From an uncultured virus (IMG/VR IMGVR_UViG_3300010001_000023) (Duplodnaviria; Heunggongvirae; Uroviricota; Caudoviricetes), in IMG/VR virus record IMGVR_UViG_3300010001_000023, positions 62,001-126,000 of that record: a stretch of DNA of 64,000 nucleotides. One strand, 5' to 3'. The position numbers and the translations under genes are program-made. Shown piece after piece: positions 19,705-30,614 of this stretch. The notes under the pieces are model-generated. The model did no database searches. It was not told where the DNA came from and was given only the letters and a program-made list of their open reading frames with translations. Within the stretch, counting starts at the first letter, position 1; each line of letters starts with the position of its first letter.

Positions 19705-22431
19705 TTAATTTCTTAATTGTTCTTTTAATTCATCAATCTGTACTTGTTGCTTTTTAACTACATCCCAAAGAATAGATACCATACCGTAAATATCAATCGC
19801 ATCACCTTCATGCAATACTTCAGGAGAATCCTCTAAGATGACACCATATTTAGTTTTGTTGACACCAGCTTCTAAATCGGTATTCAAGTTATACTGTTTA
19901 ATATCTGTTTGTTTTAATATATCTAACGTATCAATCTCTAAATCTTTGATATTAGATTTATATTTACGACTAGATACAGAGTTAAACTTACTTGCTTTAA
20001 CAGGTAAATAACCGATACTTTTACCACTATTGTATCCTCTTTTATTAGTGACACGTAGCTCACCAGCAACACCAATATAAAAGTTGGTACTACCTGTTAC
20101 AATTCCATCAGCTTGCAATGAAGTTTTAGAAGAAAGATTTCCTGTACCACTACCATTAAAGTAAACTGATTCTTTACCGTTACGTGAAGTAATAGTGTCC
20201 GCTTGAATCTTACCAATGTTCAATGCGACTTTAGAAGAAGGAGAGCCTGAACCATCTACACCATGAATAACATTTTGCTTCTTAGAGAATTTGAATCCAG
20301 ATCCTAAGTTGGTAGTGGTATCACCGTAAATCATGTATCCAGTTAAACCGCTGTTAACTCCAAAAGTAAAGTCGTTTTTACCACTACGAATATCTTCATG
20401 AGGAGATAATACAACATGAGATTTCTTAGAACGGTTATGAACAGAATTAGCAGCATGTATATGAATCTTATTACCATTTGATTGTAAACCAATAGCTCCA
20501 TTTGCAGAATATAATGTTAATCCACGACTGTCAGAATATTCATGAGAGAAGAATTCAATCGTACCAGAGGACACATTAGTGCTAGTTGAAGAAAGGTATT
20601 TACCCGTACCGTCTCTATAAGTAGAAATACCATCAGATGTGTAATATAGTGAACGTGCGTTAGGGTTGCTATGGTCATTCCAGTCTTTAGTATAGTCATA
20701 TCCATAAACATTGCTATCAATCAAATCTCCTTCGGGGTCGGTAATACGAAGCATACCATCTACAAATTGGATAACTTGTGTACGATTACGTTTCTTACCA
20801 TCTCTCCATGTACGCTCATAATAACCTTTTGATACTAAAGTACCTGCTTTAATAGATACAAATGCATTAGGATCAACCACATTATTCGTCTGTTTGAATA
20901 CCACAGCACCATCGAAATCAATATTACTCGCTTTAATTTTAATAGATTCAGCAGATTGGTTGATGATGGATTTTACCTGAGTTGCTCCAACTTTTTTAGA
21001 GACAACTGAAGTTAAATTATCAGCAGACTGCTCAATAGTAGACATGCGAGAATTTTGGCTGTCAATAGTTGAATTAAACACATTCTTTTTGACAACGTTA
21101 GTATTTAATTCAGTCTCGATAGTTCCTACACGATTATCATTGCTCGTTTTATATGCTGTTAAAGTAGAATTCACTGAATTAATTGAAGCGTCAACATCTT
21201 CAGGAGCAGGAGTCCAGTCAGTAGGGCGAGTGCCATGTTCTACTTTAGGACTTGTTAAATAGACAATACTATTTAAATTCTTCGGATTGTAAACGTAGAA
21301 GTTTAGTTTTATTTCTTGCGTTGTATCATTTTTATATGAAACAGAAATACGTTTCCAATCTGTGTTTTTATTATAGGTTGCAGCGGCATAAGTTGTTGTA
21401 CCAGCATACAATCTTAAAGTGGTAATTGAGTTGTCAGGGTTAGCAGCACTATGTTTAATCCAAATACTCGCTGTTACTTCTTGATTAGGTAATACACTAA
21501 TAGCATTAGTAGAAATAGAATGTGTGTAGACTGGAGGATTAGCAGTGTCATTAACTTGTGTAACTTTAAAAACATTTAACCCTGTTTGAAATATCTCAGT
21601 AGTTTTTTCTACACTATGGTAAGTAGGGATACCTGTTAAATCATATTTTCTAATTAAGTTTCTAGTACCAATTGTTAAATCTTCTAACTTTTTATCAGTT
21701 GCAGCTAAAGCAGTTTTATCAGCTTTGATATTATATAAATTCTGAATATCAGTCGTATCATATCCACTGATTGCTTCCCAACCCATTGCATCAATCCCAT
21801 CGTATCGGAACACCTTATTCTCATCAATAACAAATACAGTGTCCCCATTGTTAGGATTAGGGTAGGTAGAGTTTCTTAGTTCAAGTGTTTTTACATAAGG
21901 TAACCAATTTAACTTGTTTTCATCCCCTGAACGATTAGCATAATCTCCCGCAGCATTAGCATAGTCACCACGATCTTCAGCGTATTCACCTTGACGTTGA
22001 GTAACTCTACCAACTTCTTCAGTTTGATTGAATAACTCTTGAAGCATAGTTAAATCACTTGCGTCACCAGTTGTCTCATAATCTTCATAAACTTCATATC
22101 TAAAAGCAAGTGAAGTTACACGGTTTCTATCTTTATATGAAGAAAATCTTGCTGTATAAGTTCCTACATGTTCCATATCAGCTTTTCTTAGTTCATACAC
22201 AATAAATTGTGAGCCATCATAATAAGCCAATCCTGTGTTATTAGTCCCAGTAGCTTCGTGAACTGTGCTAACAGTGAAACGCTCACCACGTTCTAAATTC
22301 ATTTTTTGTCCAGCATCATACAATTCAATATTCAAATAGGCTGAATCGTACTGAACGATTCTAATGACTGGATTAGGCATTTGTTCCTTAATATCAAGCT
22401 TTAAAGTGTAATTGTTAGAAAATGGTATCAT
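19705..22431 (-). CDS. Tail fibre with BppU-like N-terminus, CBM-like domain and C-terminal intramolecular chaperone (peptidase S74)
   Basis: KVEHGTRPTDWTPAPED, IINQSAESIKIKA; SSRKYKSNI...YGVILED...coiled-coil end. Confidence 0.8.
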   Translation of the reverse strand: MIPFSNNYTLKLDIKEQMPNPVIRIVQYDSAYLNIELYDAGQKMNLERGERFTVSTVHEATGTNNTGLAYYDGSQFIVYELRKADMEHVGTYTARFSSYKDRNRVTSLAFRYEVYEDYETTGDASDLTMLQELFNQTEEVGRVTQRQGEYAEDRGDYANAAGDYANRSGDENKLNWLPYVKTLELRNSTYPNPNNGDTVFVIDENKVFRYDGIDAMGWEAISGYDTTDIQNLYNIKADKTALAATDKKLEDLTIGTRNLIRKYDLTGIPTYHSVEKTTEIFQTGLNVFKVTQVNDTANPPVYTHSISTNAISVLPNQEVTASIWIKHSAANPDNSITTLRLYAGTTTYAAATYNKNTDWKRISVSYKNDTTQEIKLNFYVYNPKNLNSIVYLTSPKVEHGTRPTDWTPAPEDVDASINSVNSTLTAYKTSNDNRVGTIETELNTNVVKKNVFNSTIDSQNSRMSTIEQSADNLTSVVSKKVGATQVKSIINQSAESIKIKASNIDFDGAVVFKQTNNVVDPNAFVSIKAGTLVSKGYYERTWRDGKKRNRTQVIQFVDGMLRITDPEGDLIDSNVYGYDYTKDWNDHSNPNARSLYYTSDGISTYRDGTGKYLSSTSTNVSSGTIEFFSHEYSDSRGLTLYSANGAIGLQSNGNKIHIHAANSVHNRSKKSHVVLSPHEDIRSGKNDFTFGVNSGLTGYMIYGDTTTNLGSGFKFSKKQNVIHGVDGSGSPSSKVALNIGKIQADTITSRNGKESVYFNGSGTGNLSSKTSLQADGIVTGSTNFYIGVAGELRVTNKRGYNSGKSIGYLPVKASKFNSVSSRKYKSNIKDLEIDTLDILKQTDIKQYNLNTDLEAGVNKTKYGVILEDSPEVLHEGDAIDIYGMVSILWDVVKKQQVQIDELKEQLRN

Positions 22432-22731
22432 TAAATAAAATCCTCCTTTTGTTCATAAAAAGAGCGACAACATTCAAGTTATCGCTCAAAATTTTGTTAT
22501 TATATTTCACTTTGATCAACAATCTTATTGGCTGTAGCATTTTTTACTACATGATAAACAATAGTTCCTAATGTACTCTCGTCAAAATGTGTTATTGTAA
22601 TACAATGACTCCATATATTTACCACTGTTTTTCCTCTTTCTTGAGCGATATGGTATTGAATTTAATTAGTTAACAAGTTTTCTTTTTACAATTCGCTCTT
22701 ATGATTTTATTTAATATAATTAAAAAAGAGA

Positions 22732-23076
22732 CTACTTTTCAGCAGTCTCTAGTTTACTAATTTTTTCTTCTAATTGTTTTATATATTGTTCCTGTAAGTT
22801 AATAACTTTCTCAGGTTCAACATAGATAAACTGTGATTTATCAACGGATTGAGCTTTCATCTCATCAGTTAGTAATTTATTTAATGAAAAAGAGTTATTT
22901 TCTTCTTCATAGATGAAATATCTACCAACTTTGCATCCAATCCTTAATTCTGTGTACCCATTTCTGAATAACTCCAAATCTTCTTGGTTATTGGTTATTT
23001 TAACAGATTCACATTTATCATCAATATTAATTATTTGATTATTCTCATCAACATAAACAATACTATACATAAACAA
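22732..23076 (-). CDS. Hypothetical tail-associated protein
   Basis: 114-aa ORF overlapping the end of the Tal-like gene. Confidence 0.6.
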   Translation of the reverse strand: MFMYSIVYVDENNQIINIDDKCESVKITNNQEDLELFRNGYTELRIGCKVGRYFIYEEENNSFSLNKLLTDEMKAQSVDKSQFIYVEPEKVINLQEQYIKQLEEKISKLETAEK

Positions 23077-26000
23077 CTGTCACCTCCAAGTACTTACTTA
23101 ATTCACCATAATGAGCTAAATCGTTGGTTGTAGCTTTAATACCAAAACCAGCATATGTATTTTGATTGATCAGTGACTTAAATGTACTTGTTACATCAAC
23201 TGTTTTAGATTCAGACCAATCCAATATAATTTCTTTTGACGAACTAGAAAATGAGGGGCGACCTGATGGTTGAGAACTGTATTTATGCATCCGTAAATTA
23301 AATTTAACATTAGAAGTTTTACCGATTTTTGAACGTCTCGTTAATTTAACTTTAATTGATTTAATCGCTTTTCCACTTAATACAGACCTCATTGAATTAC
23401 CCGAAGAGTCTTCTAAATTCCACCAAATACCAACTTGCAATGGTGAACCATAGCCTTGTCCTTGAACTGGATAACCGTAATGATGATTCCCCGACCTTGC
23501 CCAACTATTGTATCCAGAATATCTGAAATGGTTTGCTTTGCTTGTTTTAAATGTTTTCGTTTTAGTTGTTGAAACTTTTGTTGGAGGTTTAACAACCGTT
23601 GGTTCTGGATAAGTGGCATCAGTCGTATTGATATTGCCTGCATACGAGGTACTAGCATCATTTGCTTTTCCTAAAGGAGCTTTTCCATTAATATTGATGT
23701 TACTACCTCGCCATGCAATCGCACCATAACGTGTACCTTGACCTGTATTATTAAACATATAGACACTGTTTAAGTACGAAGCACTTACGCAATCAGTAAC
23801 GTTTTGAATGTCACAGTTAGTGATGAAAGTATTTCCACCGCCATAACAGTTAATCCCTTTTAAATCAGGTGCATTGTTACCATTAAAGCTCAAGTTTTCA
23901 AAAGTTACATAGTGTGAATAGTAATTTTGAATCATATAGTTTTTTTCATCGTCTAAAACGTTGAAGTTACCATTTTTCACAGCAATCCTGCATTGACACC
24001 CATCAATACTGAAACGTGCTGTACTTGTGATACCATTAAAGTTAATATCTAAATAACCACCGCCTAATTTTGATTTAAGAATAATGTGTTCGGATGGATC
24101 AGCAGAGGCGTATGAAGGTAAAACATCAATGAAAAATCCTGTCCCTAGAATATCGGGTAGTAAATCAATAGCTTCATTAATGGTTCGAGTTTTATAAATA
24201 TTTTTTTCATCATTGTAACCCACATCATTTTCTCCTGCGTCTAAGCCGAGTACCTCGATTGCCATACCATCTGTACTTTTTGAAGCAATATAATCATTCT
24301 GTATTTTATTTTCTACAATTAAATCCTGAACAGTGAATTGGTCTGCACCTTTATTTTCAGAACTGATTTGAAATAATACATTGTTTTCTTCATCTCTAAA
24401 GTTGATTTCACCTGCTGGAACAGTCACTTTTTTATTTTCATCAATAACTGCTGATGTGGTCTCATTGCCTTCTTCATCATAGGAAGTCTCATAAACAATA
24501 TTACCTTGAGAATCAGTTTTATAACCATAAGTATAACCACCAATGTTTAATTCTCCACCTGTTAATTTATTCATGGTCAACTTGTCAACATGAGCATCGT
24601 TAATTACAGCATATTTAATTTTTGAGATACCTTTAGATATTGTAATATCACCATCGCCCAATTCAATAAGATTAGAATTTAGTTTGATAGAATCAGGATC
24701 AAGCGTTGCAATAGATTTATCTCCATTGGTTTCAGAGGTAACAGTAAAACCATCGGTTACAACATCCAATACTGTTACAGCTTTATTTGCGGTAGTCTGG
24801 GCTTTTTTTGTTAGTTCTTGTAAAGCCTGTTGAATAGAAGTGTTGTAATTTGTATAAGCGATTTTATAATCAGTTAATAATGTATTAATCAATTGTTTTT
24901 CTTCAGACGATACCTCGTCATTAGATATATAAATATTAAAGTTTTCCTTTAAATTATTATAAGCTTGTATAAAAACAGATTGGTTACTGGTTAACGCTTG
25001 AATATTGGAGGAGGGTAGTGAAGGATTTGAGATGATGTCATTATAATTATCTTCTAAATCTTTATACTCACGATCTACAATATCGTTATGAGTTTTTAGT
25101 CTAGCTCGTTCTTCTGCTGTAATAACACCATCATCTATTGCAAGCCCGATTTCTGTCTGATAGCTAGAGAAAGCATCATTAAAATCTTTTAAATCATTTT
25201 TATATTCTTCACGTAATCCTTCTATAGCACCAAGTGCTACATCTTTAATACTTTTACTAATATCAAAAATGCTGTTATCATATTCTGATACATAATTTTG
25301 TCTTGCTTCTTCCATAGCATTAAAATTATTCTGATAATCAGTTATCTCTTCAGGTGTCGAACTTCCGTCTGAAATCATAGCTTCAATTTGAGTTGTGTAA
25401 GTATCAAACTTAGATTTGTATTCGTTATAAGTATCTGTTAATATTTGTTTTTGTTCAGCGGATAAATCTGGGTTGTTAGAGATAGTATTAAATCTATTTT
25501 CAATATTCATCTGTTCCGACTTCAATCGGATTAAATCATTTTCAATGTTTATTTTCTCAGTGGCATTAACAATACCATCTTGAATAGCATTTGAGATACT
25601 AGAAGAAAGTTGATTAAATGCTTCTTGAACGTCTGCCATTTCATCTGTTATATCCTCAGAAATTCTATCAATATAGTTTCTTACTGATATAATTTTGTTG
25701 TCAACTTGATTATCTCTAATATTCTCTAAGACTTCTTCAACAATTAAAAGAATATCTTTAACTTCTTGTCTAAATCTCACAACGGAATCACTAACTTTTT
25801 TGTTTTCCTCTTGTGTGACCCTTGAGTCAGCTATACTCTCATTAATTGTATTAACCAAATTTTCATACATATTAGTGTATTCTTGGTATGCTAGTTGAAG
25901 TCGAGCTAAGTCATCATTGTTAATATATGCACTGTTAAGAGCTAATTCAATTTGTTGTACATATTCTGTATTTTCTTTTTCCAGTTGACTTAAAACCAGT

Positions 26001-28444
26001 TTTATCTTTTCTTTTTCTACATCTGTAACAATCTCATCTTTAAACGACTCCATAAGAACAGAGTTGGTTTCGTTTAAGGCATTACTAACATCTTTTGATT
26101 CATCTACTACTTGGTTAAGTTTTTGATCATATATCTTTTGGAACTCAATAAATTTGTCTTCTATTTCTTTTTTATTTTTAGCAAAATAATTGATTCCATT
26201 TTCATCAAGTAATTTAAACTTATCTTCTCTGATATATAAACCATCTTCTTGAATAACGATAGAATTATCTTCATTTTCAACCGTAACTTCGTCTAACTTA
26301 ACCTTACCTTTTAATGAATCGGCTTTCAGACCATTAGAGTCAGCTAATATCTCGTATGAATTTCCATCGTTCTTAGTAGAAGAAATAACTCCGTTAATCA
26401 TTTCAATACGTCTATCAGGATTAGTTTCTGATAGATTCTTGATACCTTGTTTACCAATTTCAACCGTTCTTCCACCAGCAATTACACGCTTGTCATTTGC
26501 ATCCCATTCTCCGTCTAACAGTCCATTTAAGCGTTGAAGTTTCTCATCTTGATTTCTGATTTGATTCTTATGTAAATCCACTTGATTAGAAGTTGAGACT
26601 GTGCTTGCTAAACGTTCAGAGATAATAGTGTTTATATCTTTAAAATCAATAACGTCACTTAATGTCAATGTAATCTCGTTAGACTCATGATTAATTTGCA
26701 TCTCTATGATATATGATTTAATCTTCTCACCAAATATTTTATTAGAGAATACAACAATATCACCAACTTTTAACTTACTCCAATTATGTTGATCTTCTAA
26801 TGATTGTACAAAGTTAACAATATCAATAGTAATCTCACGGTTAAGTTTAATTTGGTTTTTTAAATGTTTAATTCCATCTTCAAGTAAAGCTTTAGCATCA
26901 GTATGATTCTCTTCTGACCATGTACCTGAGTAAATAAATAACTCACGTTCTCTATAAAGTTTGTCTGAGAGATAAGTCTTAGGATTCATGGAAGCAATTA
27001 AACTTTGCTTCTGCTTTTCTAAATCAGACAATCTTTTGTTTAAAGTATTAACAATACCTGTTTGATATTCCATATCTTCTTTAGCTTTAACATAGTTGTA
27101 TTTTTCTTCAATCTTTTTATTATCAGTTTCTTCATAATCAGATAAAGAAGATCGAGATAGCACAGCATAAATTTGTGGGCTAACACCAGTAAGATTTACT
27201 GAATACTTTAGTTGATTGTTATACTTTGTTGCGTCAGTAATATCTTTAGTATCTATTTTGATATATGTCCACTCATTGTTAGGAAGGTTGAAAGTTTTAC
27301 CTTGAAATTTTACATTTGTAAGTGTTCCTGTGTTTTTTAACATTAAGATATAATAAGAAGATTGCTCTAGGTTTACATAGAATTTCTCATTATTTAAGCC
27401 AAAATCAATGTATTCGCCTTTAGGTTTAAGCAGGTCAACTCTATCTTGTAATCTTTGAGTCAATGCTGTTAATTCACGTAATTTTAAATCTTGTGGTGCT
27501 TGTTCATTTAAAAGATTCTCATAGTCCTTAGTTAAAGTTTCAGCTTCTTCTTTTTTAGAATTAAAATAATCTTCGTAATCAAGAAGTGCATGGCATAATT
27601 CATCAGACATATAATTACTATGACTGATAACTTCTTTTTTCTCATTTCTTTTAAACGGATGAATAAAATATGAGAAATCTTCTATATACTCTGTTCCAGC
27701 AGGGTTAACACCGTTAATCGTTAATCCTTCTTTTCCATAGAGATATAGTCTTGTTAATACATCTTTAGATACAATAGAGTCTTCAAATGACTTTAAATAA
27801 TTACTCTCATTGATTTTTAGACCACGATTATAACCTACATTATCTTTGTGCAAGAATGAAATAGTGCGATTTTTGTTATCAAACACAACAACACTATCGA
27901 ATAAAATGTTGATTTCATCAATTACAGATGTAACAGTAGATTGATCTGATTGTAGCTCTCGCTTTACATTTTTCAGCTTGTCATCAATAATTCCAACTTT
28001 CCATAGTGGTGCATGAAGAGCTAATACTTTAGTCATCATATCCTGAATAGTTGAAGCTAAGAATTCAATTTTACCCACAGTCTTTTTATTTAATTCAGTA
28101 GCCAAAGACTCAGCAGTAACTACTAATTTATCGCTCTCATTAGACTGTTTAGAGATATTGTCAATCACTAAATAATCTTTGAACCCATTATATTCATATT
28201 GAATAATATATTTATTTTTCATTAAATTATATACTGGGTTAGTGATATATTCTTTAGTTTGTTCATCTTGAATTGTTGGTGGAACGCTAAACTGTATGCT
28301 ATTTAGATTAGATACTTTAAAAGTTCCACTTAGTTCAGTAATGTGTGTAAGTCTTTCAATTCTCTGAAAGTTAGGTTTTAACAACCATAGTTTAGCTCTA
28401 GGTCTTTCATTTACTAAAGCTTCAAAGTAATTATTTAACACCAT
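23063..28444 (-). CDS. Tal-like tail hub/spike protein (prophage endopeptidase family) with a long coiled coil and C-terminal beta-rich domains
   Basis: Follows Dit and tape measure; TRLYLYGKEGLTINGVNPAGTEYIEDFSYF motif; ATG at 28444 after AAGGAGGA. Confidence 0.8.
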   Translation of the reverse strand: MVLNNYFEALVNERPRAKLWLLKPNFQRIERLTHITELSGTFKVSNLNSIQFSVPPTIQDEQTKEYITNPVYNLMKNKYIIQYEYNGFKDYLVIDNISKQSNESDKLVVTAESLATELNKKTVGKIEFLASTIQDMMTKVLALHAPLWKVGIIDDKLKNVKRELQSDQSTVTSVIDEINILFDSVVVFDNKNRTISFLHKDNVGYNRGLKINESNYLKSFEDSIVSKDVLTRLYLYGKEGLTINGVNPAGTEYIEDFSYFIHPFKRNEKKEVISHSNYMSDELCHALLDYEDYFNSKKEEAETLTKDYENLLNEQAPQDLKLRELTALTQRLQDRVDLLKPKGEYIDFGLNNEKFYVNLEQSSYYILMLKNTGTLTNVKFQGKTFNLPNNEWTYIKIDTKDITDATKYNNQLKYSVNLTGVSPQIYAVLSRSSLSDYEETDNKKIEEKYNYVKAKEDMEYQTGIVNTLNKRLSDLEKQKQSLIASMNPKTYLSDKLYRERELFIYSGTWSEENHTDAKALLEDGIKHLKNQIKLNREITIDIVNFVQSLEDQHNWSKLKVGDIVVFSNKIFGEKIKSYIIEMQINHESNEITLTLSDVIDFKDINTIISERLASTVSTSNQVDLHKNQIRNQDEKLQRLNGLLDGEWDANDKRVIAGGRTVEIGKQGIKNLSETNPDRRIEMINGVISSTKNDGNSYEILADSNGLKADSLKGKVKLDEVTVENEDNSIVIQEDGLYIREDKFKLLDENGINYFAKNKKEIEDKFIEFQKIYDQKLNQVVDESKDVSNALNETNSVLMESFKDEIVTDVEKEKIKLVLSQLEKENTEYVQQIELALNSAYINNDDLARLQLAYQEYTNMYENLVNTINESIADSRVTQEENKKVSDSVVRFRQEVKDILLIVEEVLENIRDNQVDNKIISVRNYIDRISEDITDEMADVQEAFNQLSSSISNAIQDGIVNATEKINIENDLIRLKSEQMNIENRFNTISNNPDLSAEQKQILTDTYNEYKSKFDTYTTQIEAMISDGSSTPEEITDYQNNFNAMEEARQNYVSEYDNSIFDISKSIKDVALGAIEGLREEYKNDLKDFNDAFSSYQTEIGLAIDDGVITAEERARLKTHNDIVDREYKDLEDNYNDIISNPSLPSSNIQALTSNQSVFIQAYNNLKENFNIYISNDEVSSEEKQLINTLLTDYKIAYTNYNTSIQQALQELTKKAQTTANKAVTVLDVVTDGFTVTSETNGDKSIATLDPDSIKLNSNLIELGDGDITISKGISKIKYAVINDAHVDKLTMNKLTGGELNIGGYTYGYKTDSQGNIVYETSYDEEGNETTSAVIDENKKVTVPAGEINFRDEENNVLFQISSENKGADQFTVQDLIVENKIQNDYIASKSTDGMAIEVLGLDAGENDVGYNDEKNIYKTRTINEAIDLLPDILGTGFFIDVLPSYASADPSEHIILKSKLGGGYLDINFNGITSTARFSIDGCQCRIAVKNGNFNVLDDEKNYMIQNYYSHYVTFENLSFNGNNAPDLKGINCYGGGNTFITNCDIQNVTDCVSASYLNSVYMFNNTGQGTRYGAIAWRGSNININGKAPLGKANDASTSYAGNINTTDATYPEPTVVKPPTKVSTTKTKTFKTSKANHFRYSGYNSWARSGNHHYGYPVQGQGYGSPLQVGIWWNLEDSSGNSMRSVLSGKAIKSIKVKLTRRSKIGKTSNVKFNLRMHKYSSQPSGRPSFSSSSKEIILDWSESKTVDVTSTFKSLINQNTYAGFGIKATTNDLAHYGELSKYLEVTVVYV

Positions 28445-28500
28445 CCAAAAGTCCTCCTTGTATTCTCTCATAAAAAATAAAGAAGCCAATTGCTGGCTTC

Positions 28501-30594
28501 TTATAATAGTTTAAACTGATATATTATCTTAACTTTACAGCTTCCTGTAAAAGTCAATTTGTTCATTCCACGTTTTAACTTAATAAATACATCATCATGT
28601 GCATCATATTTAAAGTAGGGGAATGGTCTACTTGTTCTAATTTGTTCTGTTTCACCAATCATAGTGATTACCTCATTAGGAATATTATCCTCAATACTTG
28701 TGATCTGATTAGTAGAGTGATTAACAATACCAATCACACTGCCATCGGTTGAGGTAATCTCAAAGATAGGGTAGACTTCCTTATCACCAAAGTTAAAAAT
28801 TTCAACAGTGTCATTGGATAATGCAACTGATGTATCAATATATTTTCTATTTAAGTCCATCCAATTGATTACCTCTGTTCCTAATTCTTCTGTTTCAGGA
28901 ATAAAATCTTTTACAGTTAAGTAACGAGGTTGAACATCTTCCCATTGCATTTGTTTATCTGATGTAAATAACGAGTACTCATTAGTTTTTGCGATTACTC
29001 TATCAAATATTGAAATCACTTTGCTATATTGATTTTGTAAATCTGTGACACCATTAATAGATTCCAATTTAGTGAATGTCTCTAATGTGTCTGTTTTAAG
29101 TGTAGTTAATTGTGATTCAAACGTAGTCAGCTTAGACTTATAAGTTGTAAAATCAATACCTACAATATCATCAATAGGAGTGCCACCATCAAGTCTTTTC
29201 TTGTTAACATCATTTAGTTCCCACATTTCAATATTACTAATAGTTCCACTCACTCCGTTGAAGTTAATATCAAAGTAAGGGTGATCATCAAAATGAGGAT
29301 ATTTTTCTCTAATTTGATTTTCTGTTAGAGTATCAAATCCATTGTATTCTTCTTCATTAACAACATAGATTCTTAATCTACTATATTTAGTAGAAGTATT
29401 ATTGTAGGGGAGTAGTTCAACAGTATTTTCAGCAGTTGTTCCTAAAAATTTAAATGACATTAAACTGTCTGTATTCGTATATTCTTTTCCTTGAATCTTG
29501 ATTCTACCTTGATTACTTGGCGTTTCGGCAATACAAACATATCTAATTCCGTTGCTAAACTGTCCAATAGTTGTCAATTTTCCATTAGTGTTAATTGTCT
29601 GTGTTTCAGTGTTTAAATCCAAACTAAACATACTATTTTGAATTACACTTCCATCAATAGTGCTTTTTGTCCAACCTTCTCCTACGCCATCAGTGGAACT
29701 ATCTATATCAAATGTTCCTGCATTTTTAAGGATATTTTTTCTAAATTTAAACTGATGTGGAGTGAATCCTGAAATATTATAATCATTTTCATGAATCCTA
29801 ATTTTTCCTTGAGTGCCACTTAATCTCATGTAATAGTTTCTTCCATTGATTAGATTAAGCCTTTTTCTTAGTACAACATTATTCAACGTTAATTTAGTTG
29901 AAGTAGTTGTAATATTAGAAAGCGATCCACTGATTAATTTCCAACCATCAGGTAATCTATCTAAGTTTCTATCTTTAAAAAACTCTTCAATATTAGCATA
30001 ATTAGTTCTAGCCATATTTTGTTTAATATGATTCATAAAGTTTTTCTCAATGGTAAGTAGGCTATGTAATTCTTGAGAATATTCTTTTAACACTTTCTCG
30101 GTAGCAGTTATACTAAAATCATAATTATCTTCAAGAATCTCTGAGTATTTTCTTGAACTGTTAGTTTCAAATTCTAAATCCAAATACCCATCATTGATGA
30201 CATTATGAGATAATTCAGAAGACCCTGTTACAATCGCATACATAATAATATGTAAAGAACTTTCTTCTTCATTATCAAATTTAAATTCTTTATATGTATC
30301 TGTATCAATCCATCGTCTTAAATCAGCTATATTCGCCAATGTAAATTTGTGAGGATCAAATAATAACCTAATTCTAAATTTTAATGGTGACTCAATATAT
30401 CCTAATAGATAACTTTTATCATTATATCTCGTTCTTTCAGTAATCAGTTGACGGTCTGCTAAGAACGTATCCTTAGCAAGACCAGAATCAACCAATACAT
30501 TATTCACATTAAAATCACGAGTGTGCTTACCATTAAAAATAAAATGAGGTGCATTACGCAATTCAGTATACTCAGTTGCATACTTGTCTTTCAT
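28501..30594 (-). CDS. Distal tail protein (evolved Dit with large insertion)
   Basis: HFIFNGKHTRDFNV N-terminus, NFGDKEVYPIFEI...FIKLKRGMNKL C-terminus; directly after the tape measure. Confidence 0.8.
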   Translation of the reverse strand: MKDKYATEYTELRNAPHFIFNGKHTRDFNVNNVLVDSGLAKDTFLADRQLITERTRYNDKSYLLGYIESPLKFRIRLLFDPHKFTLANIADLRRWIDTDTYKEFKFDNEEESSLHIIMYAIVTGSSELSHNVINDGYLDLEFETNSSRKYSEILEDNYDFSITATEKVLKEYSQELHSLLTIEKNFMNHIKQNMARTNYANIEEFFKDRNLDRLPDGWKLISGSLSNITTTSTKLTLNNVVLRKRLNLINGRNYYMRLSGTQGKIRIHENDYNISGFTPHQFKFRKNILKNAGTFDIDSSTDGVGEGWTKSTIDGSVIQNSMFSLDLNTETQTINTNGKLTTIGQFSNGIRYVCIAETPSNQGRIKIQGKEYTNTDSLMSFKFLGTTAENTVELLPYNNTSTKYSRLRIYVVNEEEYNGFDTLTENQIREKYPHFDDHPYFDINFNGVSGTISNIEMWELNDVNKKRLDGGTPIDDIVGIDFTTYKSKLTTFESQLTTLKTDTLETFTKLESINGVTDLQNQYSKVISIFDRVIAKTNEYSLFTSDKQMQWEDVQPRYLTVKDFIPETEELGTEVINWMDLNRKYIDTSVALSNDTVEIFNFGDKEVYPIFEITSTDGSVIGIVNHSTNQITSIEDNIPNEVITMIGETEQIRTSRPFPYFKYDAHDDVFIKLKRGMNKLTFTGSCKVKIIYQFKLL

Positions 30595-30614
30595 AATTTT
30601 CCTCCTTGTAACTC

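Noticed and set aside
22495..22680. Possible decayed small gene between tail genes
   Set aside because: Only short fragments in different frames; cannot be supported without homologues
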